DNA from: a virus
Length of the DNA stretch: 40,888 nt
IMG/VR virus record: IMGVR_UViG_3300013458_000003
Coordinates: 1-40,888 of that record
Direction: 5' to 3' (one strand)
Under the pieces are notes generated by a model. The model had not been told where the DNA came from, ran no database searches, and saw nothing but the letters and a program-made list of their open reading frames with translations. The position numbers and the translations under genes are program-made. Below, piece by piece: positions 9,050 to 20,200 of the stretch (its first letter is position 1; every line of letters starts with the position of its first letter).

Positions 9050-9725
9050 GTATGCTTTTAAAAACGAAATGAAAGACGATAAAGTTGTTCTCACTCTTAG
9101 TGGACCAGTGGCGCAATCTTCTATCTTTGCTGATGAAACCATTAACAGTCAAGATATTGCCGAAGCATTAGATGATGTAAATAAAGATATTGTAATTCGC
9201 TTAAACAGCCCTGGTGGTGACGCCTTTCAAGGAATTGAAATTTATAATTATTTAAAAAACCACTCTTCACACATCACAATTGAAGTTACTGCTTTGGCTG
9301 CAAGTGCGGCATCTATCATTGCAATGGCGGCCGATGAGCTCATTATGGGCAAAGGTGCTTCGCTGATGATTCATGAAGCAGCGACCATCGCAATTGGTAA
9401 TAAGGCGGACGTTAAGAAGACGCTAAATGCCTTAGAGACAGTGGATGCATCTATTGTTGAAGTTTATAAGGATAAAACAGGACTTGATAATGAAGAAATT
9501 GAACAACTCATGACTGATGAAACTTGGTTTACAGCAAAAGATGCCGTAGACAAAGGTTTTGCGGACAAAACGAAAGATAAGGTTGAAACACCTAAAGAAG
9601 CTCAAGAAGATGTGGAAAACAATAGTGAAATGATTGCAATGAAGAATGAAATCGAGGGGTTAAAAATTCAATTAGCCAATTTCAAAAATAGTAATAATAA
9701 ACCAAAGAAAAAACGTTATTTATAG
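9006..9725 (+). CDS. Prohead maturation protease (ClpP-like serine protease)
   Basis: NSPGGDAFQGIEIYNYL....ALAASAASIIAMAAD....MIHEA are ClpP/S14 hallmarks. The C-terminus is scaffold-like and coiled-coil. Confidence 0.85.
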   Translation: MKMKTKQELMKATSKYAFKNEMKDDKVVLTLSGPVAQSSIFADETINSQDIAEALDDVNKDIVIRLNSPGGDAFQGIEIYNYLKNHSSHITIEVTALAASAASIIAMAADELIMGKGASLMIHEAATIAIGNKADVKKTLNALETVDASIVEVYKDKTGLDNEEIEQLMTDETWFTAKDAVDKGFADKTKDKVETPKEAQEDVENNSEMIAMKNEIEGLKIQLANFKNSNNKPKKKRYL

Positions 9726-9736
9726 GAGGAAAAATT

Positions 9737-10945
9737 ATGACGATAAAATTTAAAGATTCAATCAACAAAGATGTTGAGAATTTAAAGAATGAATATTTTG
9801 AGGCAGTAAGAAATGACGCTGACCCTGAAACGATTGAAAATAAATATGCGGAATACATGGCTGCTTTCTCTTCTAATTTGCAGAACGAAGTGTTAAAAGA
9901 AGCGCGTGAAGAAGTTTATAACACTTCGACAGATAAGCAAGTGCGTATGAATCGTGGAGAAAACATTCTTACTGCTGAAGAATCACGTTTCTTTACTAAT
10001 TTAGTAGAAGATGACGCAAACTTAGACACTTACAAAGAAGAGGTTGTTTTACCGGAATCTACAGTATTACGTGTATTTGAAGATATGCAAAAAGCACGAC
10101 CTCTATTATCTAAAATTAATTTTCAAATCGCTGGAATTAAAACGCGTTTAATCGTTGGAGACCCTAAAGGTGCTGCTGTTTGGGGAGAAGTATTCGGTAA
10201 GATTCAAGGGCAAATTCAAGCGAATTTTAAAGAATTGAATTTCTCACAAAATAAATTAACTGCATTTGCCATCGTGCCTAAAGATATGTTGGAGTTTGGT
10301 CCAGAATGGATTGAGCGTTATGTTCGCTTGCAATTAGCGGAAGCGATGGCACTTAAATTAGAAGAAGGTATTGTTAAAGGTAACGGTGCAGCATCAAACC
10401 AACCTTATGGACTAACAAAAGATTTAACATATGATACAGACGGCGTAACTATTACTGGCGCGACTGATAAAGTATCATCAGGGACATTGACATTCGCGGA
10501 TGCTCAAACTACCGCTAATGAATTAGCACAAGCGCTTACGACGCTTTCAACTAAAGAGAATGGAGCGCAAGTAGACGTAAGTACAGGTGTAACACTTCTG
10601 GTTAACCCAGCAGATCAATTCTATGTAAAAGCACAAAATACTATGCAAACAGTAAACGGTGCTTGGGTAACGTCGTTGCCATTTAACGTAGATGTTGTAG
10701 CATCAGAGTTTGTAGACCCTGATAAAGCTATTTTTGTTGTAGGAAGTCGTTATTATGCAGTTCAAACCGGCTCAGTAACAATCAAGTCATATGACCAAAC
10801 GCTTGCGTTAGAAGATGCTGATGTGTTTATCGCAAAACAGTTTGCACACGGTATGCCAGACGATAATAAAGTAGCTTTGGTTTACGACTTGGATATCGCA
10901 TCAAAACCATCCGCTGACTCAGTATCACCTGATGTAGGCGCATAA
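9737..10945 (+). CDS. Major capsid protein (HK97 fold)
   Basis: 402 aa following the protease. Conserved position and size. Confidence 0.8.
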   Translation: MTIKFKDSINKDVENLKNEYFEAVRNDADPETIENKYAEYMAAFSSNLQNEVLKEAREEVYNTSTDKQVRMNRGENILTAEESRFFTNLVEDDANLDTYKEEVVLPESTVLRVFEDMQKARPLLSKINFQIAGIKTRLIVGDPKGAAVWGEVFGKIQGQIQANFKELNFSQNKLTAFAIVPKDMLEFGPEWIERYVRLQLAEAMALKLEEGIVKGNGAASNQPYGLTKDLTYDTDGVTITGATDKVSSGTLTFADAQTTANELAQALTTLSTKENGAQVDVSTGVTLLVNPADQFYVKAQNTMQTVNGAWVTSLPFNVDVVASEFVDPDKAIFVVGSRYYAVQTGSVTIKSYDQTLALEDADVFIAKQFAHGMPDDNKVALVYDLDIASKPSADSVSPDVGA

Positions 10946-10962
10946 TTGAAAGGGGTGATTAA

Positions 10963-11250
10963 ATGATCACTCAAAAGCATATAGAAGTAATGAAACGACG
11001 TTTAAAAATTTTTCATACTTTTGAAGATGCACACTTAAAATCCTTGTTGGAGCAATCCTACGAGGATATTAAGCATCGTTGTCAGGAATTTGATATGGAC
11101 AAAGATATACGTGGTGCTGAATTGGTTTATGAGCGTACAAGGTATGCATATAATGATAGCCTAGAGTTTTTTCATGATAATTTTTTAGGACAAATAACCT
11201 CTTTTGCATTAGAAAATATGAAGGAAGTTGATTATGAACAAGAATTATAA
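10963..11250 (+). CDS. Head-tail connector (gp6-like)
   Basis: 95 aa, position. Confidence 0.5.
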   Translation: MITQKHIEVMKRRLKIFHTFEDAHLKSLLEQSYEDIKHRCQEFDMDKDIRGAELVYERTRYAYNDSLEFFHDNFLGQITSFALENMKEVDYEQEL

Positions 11251-11602
11251 GCCACCTAAAATAAGTAGCGGAGACTTACGAGTACCCGTTACTTTTTTTC
11301 GTATGGTAGAAAATGACGGTCCGTTTCCGGGAAGTAAAAAGAAAAAAGAAGCGTTTACGACGCTTTGTGAAGTTTATGAAAGTTCTACGAAAGATTTAGA
11401 AAAAACAAACGGTATAACTGGTGTTCATAAAATTACGATTAATTTTAGAAATCCACATACTGATTATCGAATCAATCACTCAGATACGTTCGAACTTATT
11501 TATGGATTGTATGAAAATTCTACATTTAGAATAATCGACTTTGCGCCTAATTCAAGTAATAAAGAAATGATTAAAGTAGTAGGTGTAGCAAATGGCGATT
11601 AA
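11234..11602 (+). CDS. Head closure / head-tail adaptor protein
   Basis: About 122 aa, position. Confidence 0.45.
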   Translation: MNKNYKPPKISSGDLRVPVTFFRMVENDGPFPGSKKKKEAFTTLCEVYESSTKDLEKTNGITGVHKITINFRNPHTDYRINHSDTFELIYGLYENSTFRIIDFAPNSSNKEMIKVVGVANGD

Positions 11603-11981
11603 ATTAAAAGGTATGAAGGAACTGGAACGCGAACTTGAAAACAGATATGGTAAAGCAAAAATGAAACGCATCGTGGATGAAGCTTTAGTTGCTGGTGGTC
11701 ATGTAATTGTTCAAAAAATCAAAAGCAACTTTGAAACCTTTAAAGACACAGGCGCTAGTAAAGCTGAAGTAAAATTATCTAAACCCTTCACTTTAAATGG
11801 TGTTCGGACTATTAAAATACATTGGAAAGGTCCTAAGGATCGCTACAGAATTATTCATTTAAATGAATTTGGTACAATCAAGAACCCTAACCCCCGAGGA
11901 AAAGGTGCGGTAGAACGTGCTTTAAGAAGTGGTCAAGAGACTTATTTCCAAATTGTTAAACAAAGGTTGAAAAGGGGCTGA
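11592..11981 (+). CDS. HK97 gp10-like tail component
   Basis: 129 aa, position. Confidence 0.45.
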   Translation: MAIKLKGMKELERELENRYGKAKMKRIVDEALVAGGHVIVQKIKSNFETFKDTGASKAEVKLSKPFTLNGVRTIKIHWKGPKDRYRIIHLNEFGTIKNPNPRGKGAVERALRSGQETYFQIVKQRLKRG

Positions 11982-12397
11982 TGCGATTGAGAGATATTTT
12001 AATGGAAATTTACAATGTTCTTATTGAGGATGCGTTAGTACAAAAATATGTCGGCAATCGTATTAAGTTTTATGAATACCCTGAACCATTAGAAATGACA
12101 AAACCTTATATCGTAATGAGTGAGATTGATGACACATTACCCGTCGAATACGCTGATAACGATAACCTTGCATTAAGCTATCTTGTACAAGTTGATGTAT
12201 TTGTACCTGAATCTGAGGAGTATCAAGCATATTTTGTAAGGAATAAAGTTAGTTATCACATTTCACGGTTAATGAAAGAACAATTGAAAATGGAAAACAC
12301 ATCAAATGCAAAACCGGAATACGACGAAGAATTAAAAATGTACAGGTCCGCTCGAAGATACGAGGGGATCTTTTATCGTTCTGAATTAAATTTATAG
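11981..12397 (+). CDS. Tail completion protein
   Basis: 138 aa, position. Confidence 0.45.
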   Translation: MRLRDILMEIYNVLIEDALVQKYVGNRIKFYEYPEPLEMTKPYIVMSEIDDTLPVEYADNDNLALSYLVQVDVFVPESEEYQAYFVRNKVSYHISRLMKEQLKMENTSNAKPEYDEELKMYRSARRYEGIFYRSELNL

Positions 12398-12409
12398 GAG
12401 GAGTTACGA

Positions 12410-13033
12410 ATGGCAAAAAAATATAATTCATTTACAGGTATTACAGGATTTTACTATATGCCTTTAAATTCAGAGAAAGTTTCAGGTGTAACAGATCCTG
12501 AGCGTATTAAATATTTACAAGAAATTCAAGTATCAAAAGAACAATCTATTGAAAAAGCATATGGGGATAATAGTGTTGCTGAATTAGCAGTTTCAAATGG
12601 AACTGTTGAATTAGAATCTACATTCCACCATTTACCGATTGAAGATAGAGAAGTGTTATTCGGTTTAGACAAATCTGATGATGGTGTAATCGGTGTAGGT
12701 AATAATACACCGCCATATGTTGCAGTTATCTTCGAAAAAACAACAGAAACTGGCGCATCTGAATATGTTGGATTGCTTAAAGGTATGTTCACATTCCCTG
12801 AAGTTAGTGGACAAACTAAAGAAGATGGTGTCGAATTCTCTCAAGACCAATCTACAGCTGAGTTCATGCCTGCAGAAGTTGAAGGCTTTGATAAAGAACA
12901 AACTATGCTTTTAGGTCGCGATGAAAAAGGTGTTACTGTAATGCGTGATGCAATTTGGCAAAAAGTATTTGGTAAACCACACCCTAAAGCGGCTGTTTCT
13001 GAGGAACCTGCTTCATCTGACCTTGGCGCATAA
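12410..13033 (+). CDS. Major tail protein
   Basis: 207 aa, strong RBS GGAGGAG. Position before the chaperone/TMP genes. Confidence 0.7.
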   Translation: MAKKYNSFTGITGFYYMPLNSEKVSGVTDPERIKYLQEIQVSKEQSIEKAYGDNSVAELAVSNGTVELESTFHHLPIEDREVLFGLDKSDDGVIGVGNNTPPYVAVIFEKTTETGASEYVGLLKGMFTFPEVSGQTKEDGVEFSQDQSTAEFMPAEVEGFDKEQTMLLGRDEKGVTVMRDAIWQKVFGKPHPKAAVSEEPASSDLGA

Positions 13034-13053
13034 TTTAAAGGAGGAATTCGTTA

Positions 13054-13233
13054 ATGGCTAAATATGAAGTCTTAAAAACTTTTAAAGATTTACAAGATAA
13101 CGAGAAACTATATGAAAAAGGTAAGACATTTCCACGTCCTGCCAACAAAAAAATTGACGAAGAACGTATTCTTGAGCTTTCTTCAAGCGACAATCGTCAA
13201 CGTAAACCATTGATTAAAAAGATTGAAGACTAA
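13054..13233 (+). CDS. Small ORF (59 aa, below the ORF-track cutoff)
   Basis: AAGGAGGA RBS 7 nt upstream of the ATG at 13054. Followed immediately by a terminator. Confidence 0.4.
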   Translation: MAKYEVLKTFKDLQDNEKLYEKGKTFPRPANKKIDEERILELSSSDNRQRKPLIKKIED

Positions 13234-13237
13234 TTTT

Positions 13238-13262
13238 GAGGGCATATAGCCCTCTTTTTATT
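13238..13262 (+). terminator. Rho-independent terminator
   Basis: GAGGGC-atata-GCCCTC hairpin followed by TTTTTATTT. Confidence 0.6.
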
Positions 13263-13300
13263 TGCAAATAAAAATTATTATATTAAAAGGAGATTTACAC

Positions 13301-13672
13301 ATGAGTAAAAAAATTAATTTCATTAAACTAGTAGTATTAGATAAAGAAGGTAACGCTAAAGAAGGTAAAAATGGTGATTTTGAGGTTGAGACATATTTCA
13401 CACCTAACTTTATTCCATTCCGTAAAATTTATGAAGCAACTGACATTATGGAAGGTACTTCTGAAGACGGCAACGAATTAACAGAAAAAGAAATGTTCAA
13501 ACGTATGACTGATTTTGTAGTAGATGTATATAACAAACAATTTACAAGTGATGATTTGTTAGATCGTTTACATGCACCTGATGCAATTGAAGAGATTCAA
13601 TCGCAAGTACAATTTATTGCTCAAGGTCAAATGGATGAACAAAGAAAAAAGCAATTAGCGAAGATGATTTAA
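13301..13672 (+). CDS. Tail assembly chaperone (gpG-like)
   Basis: AAAGGAG RBS. Position immediately upstream of the tape measure protein. Slippery heptamer near the 3' end. Confidence 0.65.
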   Translation: MSKKINFIKLVVLDKEGNAKEGKNGDFEVETYFTPNFIPFRKIYEATDIMEGTSEDGNELTEKEMFKRMTDFVVDVYNKQFTSDDLLDRLHAPDAIEEIQSQVQFIAQGQMDEQRKKQLAKMI

Positions 13673-13875
13673 AGGATAAAGTCATCACATGGACTGATCA
13701 TAAACAAAATTTAAAAAAAGTAGCATATGACATGATGAAAGAGGGCGGAAAAGATATCAACGATATCTTGGACATGCCCTTTTCTTTTTTTATGGATGTT
13801 ATTGAAGATGGCAGGAAGCCAATCAAATCAGTTGATAAAAAAGACAGCATGTTAGACGCATTCACCAATTTATAA
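13645..13875 (+). CDS. -1 frameshift extension producing the gpGT-like chaperone fusion
   Basis: A_AAA_AAG heptamer at 13645-13651 in the zero frame. The -1 frame is open from there to TAA at 13873-13875, just before the TMP start. Confidence 0.55.
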   Translation, partial: KKAISEDDLKDKVITWTDHKQNLKKVAYDMMKEGGKDINDILDMPFSFFMDVIEDGRKPIKSVDKKDSMLDAFTNL

Positions 13876-13891
13876 ATAAGGAGGTGGAAGT

Positions 13892-16800
13892 ATGGCAGAA
13901 AGAATTAAAGGTTTGCAGATTGACCTATCTATGCAGGATATGGGTATTGGTTCGACATTAGCTGGCATTAGGCGCAGCTTTAGACAATTGAATTCTGACT
14001 TGAAATTATCGAGTAACAACTTTAAATACTCAGAAAAGTCTATGACAAGTTATAAAAATAGAATTCGTGAGTTGGATGCTGCGACAAAGCAACAGAGGAA
14101 TAATGTTAAAGAACTGCGTAATCAATATATGCAGACTGCGAAAGAGCAAGGTGCAAATAGCGCAAAAGCGGTTAGATTAAGAACTGAATATAATAAACAA
14201 GCTGATACATTAAATAGACTCGAACACGAGCTGGACCAAACTGTAGATGGTTTCAAAAGATTCCAAAAAGAAGCGCAAGAAGCGGCTAGAGTCTCTAATA
14301 GTAGTTTTGGTCGATTAGGTCAAAAGTTTACTGATATCGGACCTAAACTTACCAGTGTCGGAGAATCGATGAAAAATGTCGGTCGTTCTATGTCTATGTA
14401 TGTTACAGCTCCTATTGTAGCTGGATTCGGCCTTGCGGCTAAAAAGAGTATTGATTTTGATGATGCAATGCGTAAGGTAAAAGCAACATCTGGTGCAACT
14501 AGCGGAGAGTTTCAACAATTAAGAGACAAAGCCCTTGAAATGGGAGCTAAAACTAAATTCAGTGCTAGTGAATCGGCTGACGCTTTGAATTTTATGGCCT
14601 TGGCCGGCTGGGATACCAAAGATATACTAGGCGGTATCGATGGTGTCATGCAGTTAGCAGCTGCATCAGGTGAAGATTTAGGTGCAGTAAGTGACATCGT
14701 TACTGACTCGTTAACAGCATTTGGTATGAAAGCGAAAGATAGTGGACGATTTGCAGATGTATTAGCACAGACAAGTTCTAAAGCTAATACTGATGTACGT
14801 GGTTTAGGTGAAGCATTTAAATATGCTGCTCCAGTTGCTGGTGCATTAGGTTACTCTGTAGAAGACACATCAATAGCTATTGGTTTGATGTCTAACGCTG
14901 GGATAAAAGGCGAAAAAGCTGGTACAGCATTAAGAACAATGTTTACTAACCTTGCTAAACCAACAAAATCTATGAAAGAAGAAATGGATAGATTAGGTAT
15001 ATCTATTACTGATAGTAACGGTAAAATGCTTCCTATGCGTGATGTTATGGATCAGTTACGTAATAAATTTAAAGGTTTATCTAAAGATCAACAAGCAAGC
15101 GCTGCAGCTACCATATTCGGTAAAGAAGCAATGTCGGGCGCATTAGCTGTCATCAATGCTTCAGATGAGGACTACAAAAAATTGACTAAGTCTATTGATA
15201 ACTCAACAGGTGCTTCTAAACGTATGAGTGACGAAATGGAAGGTGGCATAGGTGGTTCGCTTCGTAAAATGAAATCAGCCATCGAATCATTGGCGATTAG
15301 TATAGGTGATGTTCTAGCACCACATATACGTAAAGCCGCTGATTTTCTTGCAATGTTAGCTGATAAGTTTACAAATATGCCTGGTTGGGTGAAAACAGGA
15401 GTAGTAGGATTAGGTATATTCGCTGCAGCTTTAGGACCTCTAATCTTAACCACAGGTGCGTTTACCGCAGCACTAGGAAGTATTATGACTACAATAGGTC
15501 CTGTGATGACAGGTATCACAAAAGCTGGTGGTTTAATGAATTTCCTAGGAACTAAAGCACCGTTTGCTGCTAAAGGTTTAACTTTAGTAGGTGGCGCATT
15601 TAAATTCATGCTTGGTCCGGTAGGGTTAGCAATTGCAGCAATAGTAGCAATCGGTACAGCTTTTGTAGTTGCTTATAAAAAATCAGAAACATTTAGAAAT
15701 ATCGTCAACACAGTAGTTACACCAATAAAAAATGCGTTCATTGGTTTAGGGAATGTAATTAAACAATTCTTCAGTGCAATAGGCGCTGTTATGAATAATA
15801 ATTCTGGGAAAGGTTTAAACATTCTTAAAAAGATATTACCTGATGAAGCAGCGAAACAATTTTATGCTACTCTTTTAATGGTACGTGGCGCTTACAATGA
15901 TTTTGTTAACTTCATAAAAACAACATCTGCTATTATCGGGGCTTTCTTTAAAACGTTTTGGAAACAAAATGGCGATTTTATTATCATGGTATTTACTACT
16001 ATCAAGATTGCAGTAGGCTCAATTTTGAATTCGCTATTTAATGGTGTAATTAAGCCAATATTATCGGGTATAAAGGCTTTCTTTGGCATTATATTCGGTG
16101 GTATTAAACAAATTGTCATCAATGTGTTCACTAGTTTGCGTGAAATAGTCCAAGGTGGGCTTAATGTCATTCGTGGCGTTATTAAAATATTCAAAGGTTT
16201 GTTCACAGGAGACTTTAGGCTTTTATGGGAAGGCGTAAAACAAGTATTTAGTGGATACTTATTAATTATTTCGGGCATATTACGTTCTGCACTCGGTAAT
16301 ATGGTGGTTATTGTTAAAACTATTGGACAATTGATCATTAATTCTTTTAGAACGATATGGACGATAGTAAAAAATGTAACGCTTGGAATAGTTAAAGTGT
16401 TAGTTGCCACTATTAAGTTTTTATTTACTGGATTAAAAAATGTTATAGTTTCTATTCTTAATGGAATCAAAAGTATTTCCATTGCAATTTGGACTGGCAT
16501 TAAAAATGGTGTACTTGCGATTATTCGAAATTTTGTTACATTATCTAAACATAACTTCGCAGTTCTAAAAGGTTTCCTATCTGCATTGTGGACAAGTATT
16601 AAAAATACTGCTATTAAATTATGGACTGCCTTAAAAATTGGAGTGCTAGCCATTGTTCGAACATTGGTCAGCACAGCTAGAAACATCCTTAATACGTTGA
16701 AAAACTTCATCACTCGTCTATGGCAAAGTATTAAAGCAATATCTATCAAAACTTGGAACGCTATAAAAAACGGTGTAGTAAATGCTATACGTGGCATGAG

Positions 16801-19339
16801 TAATGGAGTTAAGAAAATAGTAGGTGCTTTAAAATCATGGATGACAAAAACATGGACTGTTATTAAAAATACAACAATAAAATTAGCTAAAGCGTTATGG
16901 TCTGGCGTAAAAAATACATGGAACAGTCTTAAAAAAGGCACAATAAAAATTATAGCTTCTGTTGCTGTTTGGCTAATCAAAAAATGGCTTTCTATTAAAA
17001 AGAATGTAGTCAATACAGTTAAAAAATTATGGTCAGGAGTTAAAAAGACTTGGAATTCTTTAAAATCTGGAACTATTAAAATCATGGCATCCATAGCAGT
17101 ATGGCTAATTAAAAAATGGACAGCCATAAAAAAATCAGTAGTAAACAAAGCTAAAGGTTTATGGTCAGGTGTTAAAAATACTTGGAATAGTTTATCTCGT
17201 GGCACTCGTAATATATTCAATAGAGTTAAAAATACCATGTCTAATATATGGCGAAGTATTAAAAATACAACAGTAGATATGGCTAAAGGATTATGGAATA
17301 GTGTTCGAAGAACGTTCAATAATATGGCTGGTGGACTTAAAAACATTATTGGAAAAATCAAAGGTCATATTACTGGAATGGTTAAAGCTGTAAAAAGCGG
17401 ATTGAATAAACTTATCGATGGCGTTAACTGGGTAGCTGGAAAATTAGATATGCCTAAGTTACCTGAAATAAAACTCTCTACTGGTACTGAAAGCACCCAC
17501 ACTCAAAGTTACATTACGAAAGGCAAACTTAATCAAAATACTTTAGCTACTGTTGGAGATAAAGGTCCAGGCAATGGTCCAGGTGGTTTTAGACATGAAA
17601 CAATCATTCCACCTAGTGGTAAAGCTTTCATCACACCAGCTACAGATACAACAATTCCACTTGCTAAAGGAACTCGTATTTTAAATGGCGCACAAACGCA
17701 TAGTTTACTTAATAGACCACAATTTAACAGTGGTACAATACCGAAATTTAGTTTAGGTACAACATTCGCCAATTTACTTGGTGGTGGTAAAAAACCGAAA
17801 AAACATAAAAAAGATGACAATTTAGTGGGTGACGTAGCTCAAAAAACTAAAGACGGCGTTAAAGCTATGACTGGTAAAGTTGTAGAAGGTGGAAAAGCAG
17901 TCGTTGGTAGTGCGTTGAACGCTGCTAAAAAAGGTAAAGATTGGCTATCTGATAAAATTGGCGATGTACTAGATTGGATAGAAAAACCAAAAAAATTATT
18001 AGAAAAAGTATTTGAAGGCTTCGGTATTAACATGGCTTCGTTTGGCATACCTAAAGGCGCTGAATTACCATTCAACCTTATGAAAGGTATGTTTAAAAAA
18101 CTAAAAGAGGGAGCCGTTAATAAAGTTAAAGAATGGTTTGAAGAAGCTGGCGGTGGAGACGGAGGTTATATTGACCTTTCAAAAGGTGTTAACTTCGGCT
18201 TTGCACCAACAGCAGCAGCAGCAAGAGCAGCTGGTTATCCGTTCGCACGACCGCACTATGGTTTAGATATAAACTATAAATACGATAAAGTTTATTCTAC
18301 ATTAGCAGGTAAAGCGACAGGTAGTACAGGTTGGAACGGTGGTTTTGGTCGTAATATGTGGATACGTACTAAAAATGGTATTGAAGCAATATACGGTCAC
18401 TTATCTAAATTAGCGTTTAGTGGTACTAGACAAGTTAAACCGGGCGACTATTTGGGAGTTTCCGGAGGCGATCCTAGTCGTGACGGAGTAAACGCCGGTA
18501 GTTCGACAGGGCCGCATTTACACTATGAAATGCGTTGGAACGGACAACCTAAAGATCCAACAAACTGGCTTAAAAAGAATAATGGCGGAGGTAAATCTGG
18601 TGGCTCACGTGCAGCAAGCAAGTGGAGACCTGAAATAGTCAAAGCTTTAAAAGCTAACGGTTTACCTACAAGCAGTAACTATGTGAATGCATGGATTAGA
18701 CAAGTACAAAGTGAAAGTGGCGGTAACGCTGGTGCTGTTCAAGGGAATATCGGAGATATAAACAATAGAACAGGGAATCTTGCAAGAGGTTTACTACAAG
18801 TAATACCACCAACATTTGCTGCAAATAAATTACCAGGTCATGGCAATATTATGAATGGTTTAGATAATGCTATGGCAGCTATCAATTACGCTAAAAAACG
18901 TTATGGTAAATCGGGAATGTTACAAGTTATCGGTCATGGTCATGGTTACGCCACAGGAGGCCTAATCAAAAATGCGGGTTGGTACAACATAGCAGAAGGC
19001 GGTTATCCTGAATGGATAATTCCAACAGATCCTAATCGTCGAACTGATGCTATGAAGTTACTTGCACTTGCTGCAAAAGACATTGAAGGCAGTAAAACAT
19101 CAGGTAATAAACGACCAAGTAACTTCTCAAGTACTAAAATAAGCTCTAATCAATCTGACAATAGTAAATTAGAACAAAAATTAGATATGCTTATTGGATT
19201 AATGAGTAAATTAGTTCAAAGTAACGATACAATTGCCAATAAAGATTGGTCAGTTGAATTAGATGGTCGAGAAATAAATAGAAATAATAATAAAGAGCAA
19301 GCTTTATATGAAGCAACTCATTTATTAGGGAGGTTATAA
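13892..19339 (+). CDS. Tail tape measure protein with C-terminal M23 peptidase and lytic transglycosylase (SLT) domains
   Basis: 1815 aa. Coiled-coil N-terminus and a central hydrophobic/repeat region. [12 protein letters not shown] is the M23 HxH motif. [17 protein letters not shown] is the SLT motif. Confidence 0.9.
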   Translation: MAERIKGLQIDLSMQDMGIGSTLAGIRRSFRQLNSDLKLSSNNFKYSEKSMTSYKNRIRELDAATKQQRNNVKELRNQYMQTAKEQGANSAKAVRLRTEYNKQADTLNRLEHELDQTVDGFKRFQKEAQEAARVSNSSFGRLGQKFTDIGPKLTSVGESMKNVGRSMSMYVTAPIVAGFGLAAKKSIDFDDAMRKVKATSGATSGEFQQLRDKALEMGAKTKFSASESADALNFMALAGWDTKDILGGIDGVMQLAAASGEDLGAVSDIVTDSLTAFGMKAKDSGRFADVLAQTSSKANTDVRGLGEAFKYAAPVAGALGYSVEDTSIAIGLMSNAGIKGEKAGTALRTMFTNLAKPTKSMKEEMDRLGISITDSNGKMLPMRDVMDQLRNKFKGLSKDQQASAAATIFGKEAMSGALAVINASDEDYKKLTKSIDNSTGASKRMSDEMEGGIGGSLRKMKSAIESLAISIGDVLAPHIRKAADFLAMLADKFTNMPGWVKTGVVGLGIFAAALGPLILTTGAFTAALGSIMTTIGPVMTGITKAGGLMNFLGTKAPFAAKGLTLVGGAFKFMLGPVGLAIAAIVAIGTAFVVAYKKSETFRNIVNTVVTPIKNAFIGLGNVIKQFFSAIGAVMNNNSGKGLNILKKILPDEAAKQFYATLLMVRGAYNDFVNFIKTTSAIIGAFFKTFWKQNGDFIIMVFTTIKIAVGSILNSLFNGVIKPILSGIKAFFGIIFGGIKQIVINVFTSLREIVQGGLNVIRGVIKIFKGLFTGDFRLLWEGVKQVFSGYLLIISGILRSALGNMVVIVKTIGQLIINSFRTIWTIVKNVTLGIVKVLVATIKFLFTGLKNVIVSILNGIKSISIAIWTGIKNGVLAIIRNFVTLSKHNFAVLKGFLSALWTSIKNTAIKLWTALKIGVLAIVRTLVSTARNILNTLKNFITRLWQSIKAISIKTWNAIKNGVVNAIRGMSNGVKKIVGALKSWMTKTWTVIKNTTIKLAKALWSGVKNTWNSLKKGTIKIIASVAVWLIKKWLSIKKNVVNTVKKLWSGVKKTWNSLKSGTIKIMASIAVWLIKKWTAIKKSVVNKAKGLWSGVKNTWNSLSRGTRNIFNRVKNTMSNIWRSIKNTTVDMAKGLWNSVRRTFNNMAGGLKNIIGKIKGHITGMVKAVKSGLNKLIDGVNWVAGKLDMPKLPEIKLSTGTESTHTQSYITKGKLNQNTLATVGDKGPGNGPGGFRHETIIPPSGKAFITPATDTTIPLAKGTRILNGAQTHSLLNRPQFNSGTIPKFSLGTTFANLLGGGKKPKKHKKDDNLVGDVAQKTKDGVKAMTGKVVEGGKAVVGSALNAAKKGKDWLSDKIGDVLDWIEKPKKLLEKVFEGFGINMASFGIPKGAELPFNLMKGMFKKLKEGAVNKVKEWFEEAGGGDGGYIDLSKGVNFGFAPTAAAARAAGYPFARPHYGLDINYKYDKVYSTLAGKATGSTGWNGGFGRNMWIRTKNGIEAIYGHLSKLAFSGTRQVKPGDYLGVSGGDPSRDGVNAGSSTGPHLHYEMRWNGQPKDPTNWLKKNNGGGKSGGSRAASKWRPEIVKALKANGLPTSSNYVNAWIRQVQSESGGNAGAVQGNIGDINNRTGNLARGLLQVIPPTFAANKLPGHGNIMNGLDNAMAAINYAKKRYGKSGMLQVIGHGHGYATGGLIKNAGWYNIAEGGYPEWIIPTDPNRRTDAMKLLALAAKDIEGSKTSGNKRPSNFSSTKISSNQSDNSKLEQKLDMLIGLMSKLVQSNDTIANKDWSVELDGREINRNNNKEQALYEATHLLGRL
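16898..17200 (+). repeat. About 132-bp (44-aa) tandem repeats (about 2.3 copies) inside the tape measure gene
   Basis: [35 protein letters not shown] repeats appear in the protein and in the DNA. Confidence 0.7.
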
Positions 19340-19342
19340 ATA

Positions 19343-20188
19343 ATGGCAGTTGGCTTTAAGCTTTATGACCCTAATATGAATGAACTTAAATTTCCAGTCG
19401 GTGTAAAACCGCTGGATTTTTTAGTTTCATCAATAGAAAAAGAAAGATACACAGAAACAATTAAAGGTATTCCAGGAACAATAGACTATGGGTTTGATTA
19501 TAAAGAACGTAGTGATTGTTCATTAACTTTTTTCTTAAGACATTATCATGGTGAACATGATTATTTACTGTTAGAAAGTGAAATAAACGCATTTTTAGAT
19601 AGTCAACCATTTTTCTATGTAAGTAGAAATAATTTACCAACAAGAGTACTAAAAGTGACTATAGATTCAAGTTATAAAACAGAGCGTATTTTAGGCAGTA
19701 TGTATGCAACTTTAGAAGTACCAGTTACAATAACAGGCCTTCCTTTCTGGCGTACTAAATGGAAAACGCAAGAACTTGAATTAGAAGGTTATAATGCTGA
19801 TTCTGATAAGTTTGGTTTTGCAGATAATATAAATTTAGATTATCCCAATTATACATTTACTACTAATTCATTTTATGTTTGGAATGGTGGTAATGTCACT
19901 ATTGATCCACGCAATATGGATTTAAAAATCAGACTATATCAATTAAAAACTGATGGAAATTTTAAATTGACTAATCATACTACTGGAGAAACTTTTGAGT
20001 ATTTGGCGCCACGTACAGGCAACACGGTAGATATGGACGGAGTTCAAGCTTTTGTAGGTATGCAAGCTAATAGATTAAGAGAGACAAATAGAAAATATAT
20101 TAGTTTAGCACCTGGTTTAAACAAAATAAGTTACACAGGTGGAGAGATGATAAATATACAATTTGATTTCCCATTTTATTTTAAATAG
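19343..20188 (+). CDS. Distal tail protein (Dit)
   Basis: 281 aa directly after the TMP. Confidence 0.65.
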   Translation: MAVGFKLYDPNMNELKFPVGVKPLDFLVSSIEKERYTETIKGIPGTIDYGFDYKERSDCSLTFFLRHYHGEHDYLLLESEINAFLDSQPFFYVSRNNLPTRVLKVTIDSSYKTERILGSMYATLEVPVTITGLPFWRTKWKTQELELEGYNADSDKFGFADNINLDYPNYTFTTNSFYVWNGGNVTIDPRNMDLKIRLYQLKTDGNFKLTNHTTGETFEYLAPRTGNTVDMDGVQAFVGMQANRLRETNRKYISLAPGLNKISYTGGEMINIQFDFPFYFK

Positions 20189-20200
20189 AGGTGAAAATTA

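Noticed and set aside
12526-12914. Three overlapping alternative-frame ORFs (65-88 aa) within the major tail protein gene
   Set aside because: They are embedded in a well-supported structural gene on both strands. There is no independent translation signal.
15892-17361. 489-aa minus-strand ORF, and other antisense ORFs at 14315-15609, 17533-18075
   Set aside because: They lie entirely inside the tape measure gene on the opposite strand. They are low-complexity L/F/I-rich translations of the AT-rich repeat region, with no RBS and no room given the strict plus-strand operon.
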